A stretch of 63,954 nucleotides of DNA, filler included, from Craspedostauros australis (lineage: Eukaryota), in assembly GCA_030167865.1 (NCBI GenBank). It is 10 parts of 10 records of this genome, joined end to end, with 100 filler letters (N's around TTAATTAATTAA, not from the genome) between each part and the next. Parts side by side here need not be neighbours in the genome. Positions count along the whole stretch, not along the records: positions 1 to 3,555 come from JALAGF010006179.1; positions 3,656 to 33,752 come from JALAGF010006180.1; 8 more parts are not named here. One strand, given 5' to 3'. Under the pieces are notes generated by a model that was not told the origin of the DNA, searched no databases, and was given only the letters and a program-made list of their open reading frames with translations. Position 1 is the first letter of the stretch. Each line of letters starts with the position of its first letter. The position numbers and the translations under genes are program-made. Shown here piece by piece: positions 1-11,300 of the stretch.

Positions 1-10
1 GGGGCCCTTT

Positions 11-878
11 TGTTGGGTTGCTGTCAGAAAAGGGCGTAGGGTTTGCGTAGCTCCAGTACCAGGGGAAAGTTTCCCTCCATCAAGTTGGAAGCTGGGCGAA
101 GGTCATCTTGCGTGTACTCCCACGTGGAACTGTACNGTCGATCCAGCAGTCTTGTATCGGCATCAAGTTTTTGGTGGGGAGGGGTTCCGGTGACCCAGTC
201 ATGGGGACCCTTTTTCCATGGGTCCTGGACTTCAAAGAGTTTCTTCGAAGACTTGTGCGTGCTCCAAACGTGGTTATGTCCGAAACGTGGTTCAGACGGA
301 TTCGTGGGAAAACGAGTCATGTGTTCCAGGAAATCCTTCCTTAGCCTAACTGCTAGTTTAGCTCTATTAGGAGTAAAGCATCGTTTCAGCACATACCAGG
401 ACAGACTAATCAGAAAACGAATCAGGTGAATAAAGCGTTGTGCTAATAACGATTGCCATGATACTTCAATCATAAGATTCCTACCTTCTGTTCTGATTCC
501 GAACCAGCTGTCAGTTCGAATGGCATGGAATTCTGAGTCAACGTCAGTCGTCGTCGTTCTATGGATGTGCTGATTCCATATTCCATTGATGATGCTGTAG
601 GAGTATCAGGTTGGTGTCATTTGAGGTTTAGTTGGGAACATACCGATCCAGTATCGATATCATAGGTTTCTGGATGAGTGGGCAGATCGAACATCTGATA
701 CTCTCAGATTTCCTGTCTCACGCCTGTCCGACGTTGGGCACAAAAGTGGCGTGCATAATTTTGGTTCGTGATTCACACAACCGTTGATGGCCAATGATGC
801 AAATGTCAATGCAGCTCAGCGCGCGCGGGGTGAGAGAACAATGGGTGAGCGATGCACATACACATATACATCCCAACA
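11..878 (-). mobile_element. LTR of an LTR retrotransposon (probably copia/CoDi-type)
   Basis: 7-bp inverted termini TGTTGGG (11-17) and CCCAACA (872-878). Block 379-447 is nearly identical to 38694-38763 and 536-640 is similar to 38386-38490, both upstream of a CoDi gag. 830-878 resembles the copia LTR end at 50345-50417. Flanks CCTTT/ACGGG are not a TSD, so the element probably continues outside the window. Confidence 0.7.
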
Positions 879-880
879 AC

Positions 881-1900
881 GGGATCTAATTCTACTGATG
901 CTGATATCCTGCAGTACTGAAACATACGCATTATTCTGATCAGCGTCCTGAGCAGATGTGCATAGAAAATGTCAATCATATTCAATGTAGCACCTTGGTG
1001 AGTCCAAACGCACTCCATGGAGGGCAGTCATGGAGTTGGAAGCTGCACACCCACTAGCAAGGCGCATCAACATGCCCTCAGGTGAACCTCATGTCACGAC
1101 GCTGCTGAGCGCTGCTTGATGTCAGCATCAGTAGAATTAGATCTCTTCCAAATGGACCAAGGACTTCAAACTCCACGTCCATAGCCATTGAAGTCTACTT
1201 GGAGTGTTCAGCAGTTGCATGTCTCAAGACGGCCAACCAAAGGCATAGATGTGTGGAATACTGCACAAGGTGATGCCTACCGTAGAGATGCGTCCCAGGA
1301 AGTACTGCGTGACAACAGCATCTGTAAGTCTGGATCCCATACAGATGGACCTTGCAATTCCACCACCATTTGCATACTCTGTAGATTGAATGCGGAGTGA
1401 CTGAAGTATTTGTGTGGAGTATAATTGATGTTGTCTATGCACATATGCGCAGAACACTGTACAACGTGAGGCGTATCGTTCAGCACCACGTGATATGAGC
1501 ATCCATGAAATTGGATCCCTTCCTGACGGATCTAGGGGCTTCCAACTCCATGCCCGTATTCTGTGATGTATGGTTGGAGTGGTTGTAGTGTTGGATCAGA
1601 ATACGATGGACAGTTCCTATGCGCAAATATCCAAATCACTGCCCAGTGCGACACGTACTGGTTAGTACTGTGTGATATCAGCATCTGTAGAATTAGATCC
1701 CTTCCAAATGGAGCTAAGACTTCAAACTCCATGACTGTACTCTTCGGAGCGTGTTTGGAGCTACGCAGTTGATCATATCTCTCAAAACAGCCTGCCAAAT
1801 GCATAGATATGCAAAATGCAGTACAGAGTCAAGCGTGCCGCACAGTATGATGAGGTTCATAGATTTGGATATCAGGATTCCTTCCAGACGGATCCAGATA
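881..1900. repeat. Degenerate ~185-bp-period repeat with one inverted copy
   Basis: Motif GATATCAGCATC(A/T)GTAGAATTAGATCCC-like recurs near 1118, 1311, 1492, 1674 and 1868, and inverted at 881-907. 1123-1215 and 1680-1770 align over about 90 bp. Confidence 0.6.
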
Positions 1901-2688
1901 CTTGGAAACCACCCCCATACCCATTGAAGCACTTTCACTATGACGATGTTGGTAGAATTGCAGATGTTGGATCTTTCATATGAAGGTTTGGTCAAAACCC
2001 TGCATACCGCGCAGAGTCGCCGTGCGGTATCATGTGATTTGATCGCGTACAATGTGCAACAACTTCTAGATGGATCCAGTCACTCGCAAGCTGGCAGTAT
2101 AACCATTGGAATGATCTCAATGTTCTGATCTTGTTTAGATGGAATATGTTTATACTTTTCAATGAAGACTTGGTCAGAATACGATTCACAACGCACAGAA
2201 TTGGAGCAAACAGGTGAATGATGCACATATCTACAACTATAGTAGGCATTCATTCCTTTCATTAGATGATNNNNNNNNNNNNNNNNNNNNNNNNNNNNNN
2301 NNNNNNNNNNNNNNNNNNNNTCTACAACTATAGTAGGCATTCATTCCTTTCATTAGATGATGTATGTTCATATGTACTGGTTAATGTTACCAGTATGACA
2401 AACATGTATGATGTGGCTTGTACTTTTCCTGTGTGATACAGGGGGTCTACATTTATATTCTGGCCTTGGAGGTCGATGTGAAATCTCTGTGTCCACGAGA
2501 TGTCGCTCACACGTTTTGTGCAACTGAGTGCTGTGAAAATCGACTGGCTGGCGGAATTCGGGACTTCGAAAGGGCTGGTTCGTGGATTTCCTCGTGAACC
2601 AACGGAATAACACGACTCACAGCTTCGCACAAAATTGGTTGGTGGCGTTTCGACGAAAGTACGCACGCGCCAATGATGGTCGCAACCA

Positions 2689-2862
2689 TTCGATGAAAGT
2701 AACACGGGTTCGATGAAAGTAATGTCGCTTCGATGAAAGTAATGTCACTTCGATGAAAGTAACACCACTTCGATGAAAGTAATGTCACTTCGATGAAAGT
2801 AATGTCACTTCGATGAAAGTAATGTCACTTCGATGAAAGTAACAGGACTTCGATGAAAGTAA
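2689..2862. repeat. 20-bp tandem array, 9 copies (TTCGATGAAAGTAA + 6 variable nt); probably transposon subterminal repeats
   Basis: CGATGAAAGT every 20 bp from 2691 to 2851. Lies immediately downstream of a transposase-like ORF. Confidence 0.9.
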
Positions 2863-2889
2863 CAATACTGCTCGTAACATCTATAACGT

Positions 2890-3555
2890 CTAGTTCACGT
2901 CGTGACACACGGGCTGGGTCTCCCCGTCCGACTCATTGGGGTTTTGACGTGGTTGTGAACGGGACCGGACTGCTTGGAGTCTTGCGCATGTGGTCTCCGC
3001 GAACTTTCGGCGAAATTCCCGTGTCTTGCAGATGATGGCATGTCCCAATCTGCTCAGATCCAACAGAAGTGTTGTTGTCCCCTTGATGTTGTCAGCTTGT
3101 AGCACTTTGAAAATATCGCCTTCGGTGGCAATCTTTGCATCCCTGGCACTATCCACAAACAACCTGAGTTGACGCGAGACGAAACCGAAGTGTCCGTCCA
3201 AAGCACTCTTGCCAGCTTGTGCCTCAGTGTACAGCCATTGGATGATTTGGAGTCGTGGTTTGGGAGGGCNNNNNNNNNNNNNNNNNNNNNNNNNNGCCTT
3301 CGTGGATGATGCAGCCTTCGCGTCATGATAAGATGACTGTTCTGTGTTGATTTTGGGGGCAGGCGGAGATTTAGCCTTGTCCTTGTGCTTGCCCTTGTTC
3401 TTGGCTGTCGTCTTCCGCTTCTTCTTCTTCTCTGGCATCTTGTATTCAACTTCAACCTCTCCTTGGTTCAGTCCATGCATGTACCTCATCAGTGCTGGAC
3501 TTGCAAAGCAACTGGCATTGTCACTCTGGAATACAACCTCTTTGACCCCCTTGTG
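2890..3555 (-). mobile_element. DNA transposase-like fragment (DDE type, possibly Sola-like), gapped and truncated
   Basis: WLYTEAQAGKSALDGHFG resembles the GKxxxDxHF motif of eukaryotic DDE transposases. Basic NLS-like tract. Followed by a subterminal-type array. Confidence 0.45.
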
Positions 3556-3599
3556 NNNNNNNNNNNNNNNNNNNNNNNNNNNNNNNNNNNNNNNNNNNN

Positions 3600-3611
3600 T
3601 TAATTAATTAA
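3600..3611. other. Artificial scaffold-joining linker TTAATTAATTAA (stops in six frames); also at 33797, 42144, 43978, 47503, 50909, 58760, 61014, 62312
   Basis: Identical 12-mer embedded in N runs at nine positions. Confidence 0.97.
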
Positions 3612-3655
3612 NNNNNNNNNNNNNNNNNNNNNNNNNNNNNNNNNNNNNNNNNNNN

Positions 3656-4002
3656 CTCTTTCTGTCGTCCAATCGGCTGCGAACAGCGACATGTGGGTGA
3701 GGGAGAAAAGGTGCCCTATTTAGGGCACGTTTTGAAAAGATGCCCTATTCAGGGCACGTTTTGAAAAGGTGCCCTATATAAGGCACGTTTTGAAAAGATG
3801 CCCTAATTTAAGGCACGTTTTGAAAAGGTGCCCTATTTTAGGGCATCTTTTGACATCGCACAGATACGAGTCGCGAGTGGCGACGACAATGTCTGAAGGA
3901 CATGGCAATCAAGACTAATAAAATCTCATTCACGACTAACAGTGTTCGTAAGTCCGTTAAAATGCACCCGAACCACCATGTCCGGCAGTTTACCGGAAGC
4001 CC
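3656..4002. mobile_element. Right end of a PIF/Harbinger-like element (same family as MITE 39251-39642)
   Basis: 3706-4002 is colinear with 39416-39642 and ends in TIR TTTACCGGAAGCCC, followed by CTG (CWG target site). Confidence 0.8.
3706..3852. repeat. Five tandem 29-30-bp palindromic units (AAAAGRTGCCCTA-N2-3-AGGGCACGTTTTG) inside the transposon end
   Basis: Directly visible. Three degenerate copies at 39416-39501 in the related MITE. Confidence 0.9.
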
Positions 4003-4309
4003 CTGGGAAGAGGACGTGCGCGACGCCGACGACCGCTACGATCTGGACTCCATCACGGCCTTCTCGCAGTACCATTCCGTGCAAGGACCGCCCACGCCGT
4101 GCTACAACAGCGACGACGAGCCATCCCTCATGAGCAGCAGCTGCAGCACGTCGAACCACAGCGGCGACAGCAGTCACAGACGCTCCAGCACGTTCACGGG
4201 GCGCTCCGATTTGCCTTACAATCGTGCATCGGGACCGCCCGTTAAGCCAAGGCGCACGTCGCAGGGAAGTCTGGAGTCGGGGTTGCGTCTTATCGATGCG
4301 CAGAAGTAG
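3902..4309 (+). CDS. Ser-rich hypothetical protein; 3' part of a host gene abutting a transposon end (chimeric ORF)
   Basis: Codons after 4003 look host-like (acidic/Ser-rich, PPVKPRRTS). The first ~34 codons lie inside the transposon. Confidence 0.4.
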   Translation: MAIKTNKISFTTNSVRKSVKMHPNHHVRQFTGSPWEEDVRDADDRYDLDSITAFSQYHSVQGPPTPCYNSDDEPSLMSSSCSTSNHSGDSSHRRSSTFTGRSDLPYNRASGPPVKPRRTSQGSLESGLRLIDAQK

Positions 4310-4794
4310 AACTGTGCTCCTTCCAGAAGCTAACGAAACGATTAGACGCACAAGGGGTTTTCAATCAATCCATGACTATTTGTGGGCATTGCGTCTCTCC
4401 CATTGCAACAGCGGTTGCGTGTCTCCTATCGCGGAACCGGCATAAGTCTTTGAAAGCTACGGTGAGACGGAGACTCCGGCTGGGTCGGTCTTTCGCGCCT
4501 CGTTCATGGAGGTGCAGAATATGCCATGGCAGTGTCACGGTGCTGCATGCAAGTCGCTCCTCATCGTGATGACAGCGATGGCTGGTTGCTGCACCGCAAC
4601 TTCAAGCCACAGTGGACAGAAAGAGAAGACAAGTGGATGTACTTATCGTTACACACTCAACGGGTATGCTTCAGAGTGGAGTATGTGGTTAACATGATGA
4701 TATACTACAGTTCAATACAATATGAATGCGACTCTCTCTCTCTGTCTATCGACTCCGAAGCAATGCAAGTGCCCGTGACGGCATCTCTATACTC

Positions 4795-5601
4795 TCAGAT
4801 CACCGTCTTGCGCACCACGGGTCGGATATCAAAATTCCAAGACCAGCTCTCTTTCAACGAGGCTAGATTGATTGGGTGGCTTGTCGACGTCTTGGGGACG
4901 CGGTATTTGTGGACCTGTGGAATGGACCTGCGTTGTGGCTTCTGTGTGGGAGTTGCCATGACAACTGGCGCGGGCGTCTTGATCTTCTTGGGAATGATAA
5001 CAGGCGTTGCGATTGTCTTCTTGGTCACTGTCACGGCTGGAACCGTTGTTTTCTTGGTCACTGTAGAGTCTGGAACCGACGTTTTCTTCTTGGTCACCAC
5101 GACAGCAGAAGCTGTCGCCTTCGTGGTCTCCTGAGTATTGTTGGTCACCACGACAGCGGGAACTGTTGCATCCTCCTCGGTCTCTTCCATCATCTTGACC
5201 GCCACGACGGATGGAACTTCCGTCTCCGCATCCGGCGCGACGTCCGCAAGAAAATCATCGATCGCATCATCTTGCTCCGCCATCACATCGGCCCGCGTCG
5301 GCGGATCCGATCGTTCGATGGAGCGCGAAAGCAACACGCTGCGTGGCAACACGTCGCTTTCCGAGGGATCCCTGCGACGCGGTTTGATGAAACTCGGCGC
5401 GCGACCCATCCCTTCGATGGGTTCCAAGCGCTGTGGCAGCGATCGCTCCAAACGATCGTAGATGGAGATGCGCGTCGGCGATGCCGTGATGACGCGGCGG
5501 ACCTCGTGTGGTTCCAGTTTCTTCATCATCTTGCGGAACTTGGCGTCGTCCATGATCATCTCGGGTTCCGAGACGTCGGTGAAGCAGGATATGCAAGCCA
5601 T
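4795..5601 (-). CDS. Hypothetical protein (268 aa) with ~12-aa TVPAVxVTKK repeats
   Basis: Open frame from ATG at 5601 (ACAACCATGG context), GC3-rich coding-like composition, internal peptide repeats at about 4950-5220. Confidence 0.65.
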   Translation of the reverse strand: MACISCFTDVSEPEMIMDDAKFRKMMKKLEPHEVRRVITASPTRISIYDRLERSLPQRLEPIEGMGRAPSFIKPRRRDPSESDVLPRSVLLSRSIERSDPPTRADVMAEQDDAIDDFLADVAPDAETEVPSVVAVKMMEETEEDATVPAVVVTNNTQETTKATASAVVVTKKKTSVPDSTVTKKTTVPAVTVTKKTIATPVIIPKKIKTPAPVVMATPTQKPQRRSIPQVHKYRVPKTSTSHPINLASLKESWSWNFDIRPVVRKTVI

Positions 5602-6513
5602 GGTTGTTCGATGTGTTCTGTGATGGGAGTTTGGTGACGTTCTTGATTGTTGTGATGCGTTGGGGTGGTTCAGTATGAGTATTCTATGATTATGAGGATG
5701 AGTATGCTTAGGATTGTGACAATGGAGTGCACTATGATTTGTGTGCTGTGAGAATCGAGTCTGGATCTTGATGTGGATTGTGAGGCGTGAAGCGTCGAGC
5801 GTTGGTATGGCGATGTGCAGCCTCCACTCCGCTTCGCTCCGTTTCACGACGATGCGCATTGATACCTCCGCTCCATCTCTCTCCAACTCCCGGTCACTCC
5901 ACCTCCCTTTGTCTCTTTGCCATAGACACAATGAAACTACTGTCAAGGTGCATGTCAGTTGTAAAGATCTCCGACCGAAACGCATGGAGGTTGTACGTAA
6001 ATGTACCAAAAGGCAATTCCCACCAACCGTTACGAAGTTCATCCCAACCGACACGACCATAAAATTTGATAGGGGTGCGCAGTCGCCGTTGTAGGCGCGT
6101 GGACGCATCTTCAAATTTCTCATGTCACCAAATTTTTGTCTTCACAATTTCTTGGCCTAAGTTTTGGAATTGCTAACGGCTTGAATCCGGGAACAAGACG
6201 CGTGAAGCATCACAGAACTGCCCATGGCAACCAACGCATCACGACGATGGCGGGAGAGGAACGGATGGATGCATCGAGCAGACTACTATTGAGTAGAGTA
6301 GCATGTATAATACTATGCTCTACTCAGAGCTCTACACGGATACTCTGCTGTACTCTGTTCTCTATCCAACACACCACTCCTGTGAAAGACTTTACTTTGG
6401 CTCTTTGCAGCCGCATCGTTGCCAACCGTTATAATAACTCGTATCTGACTATATCTCACGTGACATCTGTTACTCCACCAGACCTATCATACAACTCCAC
6501 GCCGCTCCCTTCA

Positions 6514-7473
6514 TCACACCGCACTCACGCCAGCACCGACGGCATCAAGCTTGGCATCGCGATCCAACTTGGCGTCGCGCGTGGCTTTATTCTCATGCCA
6601 CGTGCCCGTGCCTTGGATCTCTCCGTTTCGGAACTCGCCGCAGTATGTCCTGCCGGATTCAAACCGCGCGACGCCAATGCCGTGTGGCCGCGGCCGATCA
6701 TCCGACGATTCGAGGACGGGACCCGTGTACCGCACATCCGTGCCGTCCTTCAATTGGATTGCACGGTTTCGGACTCGGGCCTGTTTGCCTGACTTAACGC
6801 TGCGCGATGATTCCTGCTTCGGCTCTTGTTCCAACCGTCCTTGCAACAAGGCGTTGCGGTTCTCCAATTGCTGGATCTGGACCTGCAGCTGCGTGATTGC
6901 GTCGCGTTGCTTGCTCACGATGCGGGCGTACGGATCGACGCCGTTTTGCGCGGCGCCGTCCTGATTGTTGGCATGCGCGTCGTCGTCGATGAGCGATGGC
7001 AGCTCGACGTCGGACGGCGCAGAAGGGTTCTGGTCCTTGTCTTGCGATGGCTTTTGGTCCTTGTTGTTCTTGGCATCAGCGTCGGAGGAAGATCTGGACG
7101 ACGGCCATTCGGGTGGTTCGAGACCGGTGCGAGTTCTCGGAATAGAGCGGCCCGACGAGTCGGCCTCCTTCGTTTCGTTGTTGCACTCTCCTTCCGGCGC
7201 ACGTCCGTGATACACCTTGTTCGCAGAGCGCATCTTCGAACCGGCCGGTTCCTTCATGGGCGCCTCCGATGGTTGGATCGACACATCGTCGACGCGGAAC
7301 AGCGCGCTGTCGCACCAAGGGTTGTTCTGAGTCCAGTCGGCGAGACACCAGCTCAGCGCGTCGGGGCTTGGTTCGCCTTGCCAGTAGACGTGCGTACGAA
7401 CGGGTTTTGTGCGTGGCCGCACAGCATTAGTTGTGTCCACCATCTTCACTGGGGGGCTTGCATTGACGAACAT
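6514..7473 (-). CDS. Coiled-coil + MORN-repeat protein (319 aa), paralog of 20518-21816
   Basis: Heptad segment QRDAITQLQVQIQQLENRNALLQGRL. MORN-like YTGPV...PHGIGVARFESGRTYCGEFRNGEIQGTGTW. Motifs shared with the paralog. Confidence 0.8.
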   Translation of the reverse strand: MFVNASPPVKMVDTTNAVRPRTKPVRTHVYWQGEPSPDALSWCLADWTQNNPWCDSALFRVDDVSIQPSEAPMKEPAGSKMRSANKVYHGRAPEGECNNETKEADSSGRSIPRTRTGLEPPEWPSSRSSSDADAKNNKDQKPSQDKDQNPSAPSDVELPSLIDDDAHANNQDGAAQNGVDPYARIVSKQRDAITQLQVQIQQLENRNALLQGRLEQEPKQESSRSVKSGKQARVRNRAIQLKDGTDVRYTGPVLESSDDRPRPHGIGVARFESGRTYCGEFRNGEIQGTGTWHENKATRDAKLDRDAKLDAVGAGVSAV

Positions 7474-8357
7474 GTTGAATTTGTGACCGTCCCAAGGAAG
7501 CAGCGTTGCTGTCCTTCACCGTCGTTTGATTTGGTTGTGTTTGCGAGGATCCGTGGTGGATTTATGACACAAGTGTTGGTGTGCGGAGAAGATTAGATCG
7601 TGTAGCACCACATGGCAGAGGTGATGATGTTGTCATCCATGTATCCGGCAGCAAACAACGAGAATAATGTGAGTCGTGATGGGTGTTAAAAGGCCTGGAG
7701 GCGATCAAAAGCGATTGTCTCGAGAGTGGGAAATCATGCAATCCAGCGGCATTCTCGCTTGTTTCGTGAACAATATTCCTTGTTTCTCAACCTCATTTTT
7801 CATTTTTTACGCTGTCCGTTCGTTCTTGCGAAGAACAATTGCTAAGATTGCGCCGTTTTTACGATCATATTCTCCACCGAATTTTACTCGTCCCAACGGC
7901 AGGCAAAAACCAATGATCTCTGTTTCGGCAGGGACAAATTTGGCGACAGGATCGTGTGCAACATGCATCAACCAATGTTTCGTGGTGTCAACGCGGACTG
8001 CGTTGGTAGTCGGCATCGCCAGGCGAGGCCTCCAATGCAACCAACTTGGGACAGGGATTTGCCTGTGATCGCTCTCTTGGTTGCTCTTGGGGTGACCATT
8101 CAGAACATCGCCTCACACCATCGACACCAGCTCCAAGGCAACGTTGTTGCTGCGAGACGGACACAAACAGACAGCCACGCCTATCACGAACAGAGCTAGT
8201 TCATTCTCTCTCCCTCCAAACAATCGCATATCTGGCAAACGTACAAACTGAATTGCTCTAAACTCTTCATTCCATCACCATGCGATACGGTGCCGCGCTG
8301 CGCTATTCCCCTCGCGACATTGCTGCTACAGCATTGTCCCGATCGCTTCCCCCTCAC

Positions 8358-11300
8358 TCATTCCGTGCTCTTCCTCTTCAGCACGATTCCCCTGCTTTCC
8401 TCCTCTTTGTCTTCATCGTCGTCAGTGGTCTCGAACTGATCGCTCAGCTTCCTCACCATCTCTTCCACGATCACTTCGCCCTTCTCGGACCACTCCTGTC
8501 TGTTGCTCATGGCGTAGTTCAAGTACTCGTCACCCGAAACGCCAAACACGCCACATTCCTTCAGCTTCTTCGCAAGCGGGATGATGTACAGATCGAAGAA
8601 CGTCAACTCGCCCTTCGCCCAGAAGTCAGCCGGATTGCTCTGTGCGCGCCCGTTGCGGTAGGCGGCATACAGCTCGTGGAACAGCCGTTCGTTCCACTTG
8701 CGGTAGACGTGCCAGTGCTGCATGGTGTGGGCAACGTCCGAGGCCTGGATGAGATGCTCGATGACGATGGTCGCCTTGCGATTGATGCAATCGCGTGCTG
8801 TGTGAGCTGCTGCTGCTGCTGCTGCATCCTTCGATCTTCTGCCGTGGCTCTCCTTGTGTCCCTTGTGCTCCTTTCCTTCGAAGGCCTTGTTCCATCGTGC
8901 GTTGCGGAGGGCCTTGAGTTCCTTGTCGACGATGTCTGTGGCCATGACAGCATTCACCACCAGCTCGCGGAAGCGGCACAGCTCGGCGTTGGTGGAGAAG
9001 ATGGCGCTTCGGAGGTTCCCAAATCGCGGATCCATCAGCAGATCCCAGGACAGGCTCAGCGAGTTCTGCTCTGCGACGCTCCTGTTCTTGTAGATGGCGG
9101 CCAGCCGTGGATTCTCGCCGATCAGCTGCTGGTTGGAGACGCCCGTGTGATCCGCATCATGGATCAGCGCAGCGAACGCGCATGCGAACTGAGTCAGAGG
9201 ATCGGATGTGATCCCGTACGTGTGATCGTGCAGCGAAGATGCTTCCTTGTGGGATCTACCTGCATCTGCATCTACACCGTCCTTGATGGTCTCACGGATG
9301 GGCGGATGGGTTGAGGCTGCGCCAAGATCGAGATCGGAGGGTGCCACGATGCGTGTCATGAGCTTGATGACGGACATGGTGACGTGGCTTGCGTGCTCGA
9401 AGCTGTGGAATGGGTTCTTCCTGTACAGGCTTGCGACCTCCGTCACATACTGTCGGAGCTCTTCGATGACATCCTGATGGATGTCGACTGGGCCCTGTGC
9501 CTGCTCCTCGTGAGCGACGTTGGCATCAAACTCGGGCAGTTCGATGATCTCCTTCACTTCATCCAGGAATGTCTCACCTTCTCCGTGATCTACATCGATG
9601 TTGGCGCCCACAGGCTGGCTGCGGGTCTCGCCCTGGTTGTGGAACGTCCGCGAGGCATAACGCCTTGCGACGATGCGCTTCAGCAGCTGCATCAAGGTCT
9701 CGACATTCCAGTCGATCAGTCGAGAGGTTCTCGAGTCGAGATGATCGGTATCATCGATCCCGATGGTATCCCCGAGCTCGAAGATGCGGCCACTCGTGTC
9801 TGTTTCGCTACCTGCATCGCCGTCTCCTTTTCCCTTGCCGGGCGAGAGCCAGTACGTCTCCATCTCGCCTTTGCCCTTGGCCCTGACGGTATCGGCTCGT
9901 TTCTGCAACCAGTGAGACTTGCCTGCCTTCGCAACAAGCTCGGCCGTCTGCTTGGAGACTTGGATGCGCCCGCGCATGCTTGTACTCTCGAGTCGCGCCG
10001 TTGTGTTCATGGTGTCCCCGAACAGCTGGAAGCGAGATCGCTCGCCACGCAATACTCCGGCGGTGACTGGCCCGCTGTGGATTCCGATGCGGATGCCCAG
10101 ATCGGCGGTGTCCGGACCAAGAACGACCTCGAGCTGATGGACGATCGTGCTGAAGCTCCAGAGACAGTCCTGTGCGAACCTCGCCATGGAGATGGCATGA
10201 TCTGCTCTTGGTTCAGGCAGTCCCGTCACGGCGACGTAGCAGTCGCCGACCGTCTCCACCTTGAACACACGCCGGCGCTTCGCCAGCTGGTCGAAGGAGC
10301 TGTAGACGGTCTCCAACAAGGTGAACACCTGACTTGGCTCTCGGACGGATGCCCATGCCGTGAAGCCCGTGATGTCACCAAACATGACCGTGGTCTCCAG
10401 GAAGAACTCGGCCAAGGGACGTGACTCGAACTTGATGAAGTCGTTGTCCTCTCCGCGTGGGAATGAAAGGAAGGACTTCATCTCGGATGTCGTCCCTCTG
10501 CGCGAATCCTTTCTGTCCACTCGGCTTTGATCCAGGACCTGATCGCGGAGCTTGCCTGGGAAGAGGGAGGTGACGATGGCATTGGATCGCGCTGCCTGTC
10601 CCACCAGCTTCCAGTTGCGTCTTTGCACGAATAGATCGTACACGAAGAAGATGACGATGACCGAGGCGAAGGTGATGGCGACCACGGCGGCGTAGATGGC
10701 GGGTGTGTTCTTGATGTAATGGTTGGCGAACTCTTCGGAGGGGAAGATGTCCTGTTCATGTTCATGTTCATGTTTGTGTTTGTGTCATATGGTACAAGTA
10801 CAAGTACGAGCGCAGAGCAGAGCAAAAATGACGCAAGAGGCGCAACAGATAGCCGATGTACTCATTAGATTGGGAGAATGAATCAGGGCAAGACAGAGCA
10901 ATGCAAAGGAAGGCACCATCAAACGCAAACAAATCAAACCAACTCCTTTTGATGTTCCCCCTGAGCACGTGTACTTACCAATGCATACATACAGTGTCCT
11001 GGTGTGTCCCGGAAATCCGAATGACTGTGGATGGCCAAATCGACGTGACGTTGCATGTGCGAATATTCACCCTCGTGTAGATCTCCCTCACCAACATACA
11101 CTGCATCGGGGCCAATGATCTCGTATGTGAAAGTCTGGCCGCAGTTGTTCTTCAGCACGGCGAAGATACCAGAGAGACCCTCTGGGAGAAGGAATCGCAT
11201 GGCTGCATCCCATGCGACTGCTGCTGCAACGACGCCCACGATCTTGGATTCGTAGTCACCGGTCGTCTCGTGTATCGGGTTGAAGAAGATGCTGTGTGGA

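Noticed and set aside
2689..2862. CRISPR-like array (constant 14 nt + variable 6 nt)
   Set aside because: The variable parts are only 6 nt and mostly repeated, there are no cas genes, and the context is a eukaryotic transposon.
3706..3852. Palindromic ~29-bp repeats resembling CRISPR direct repeats
   Set aside because: The units are contiguous with no spacers and lie within a TIR element.
5602..6123. N-terminal extension of ORF 4795-6123
   Set aside because: Composition looks like promoter or 5' UTR; the ATG at 5601 has the better context.
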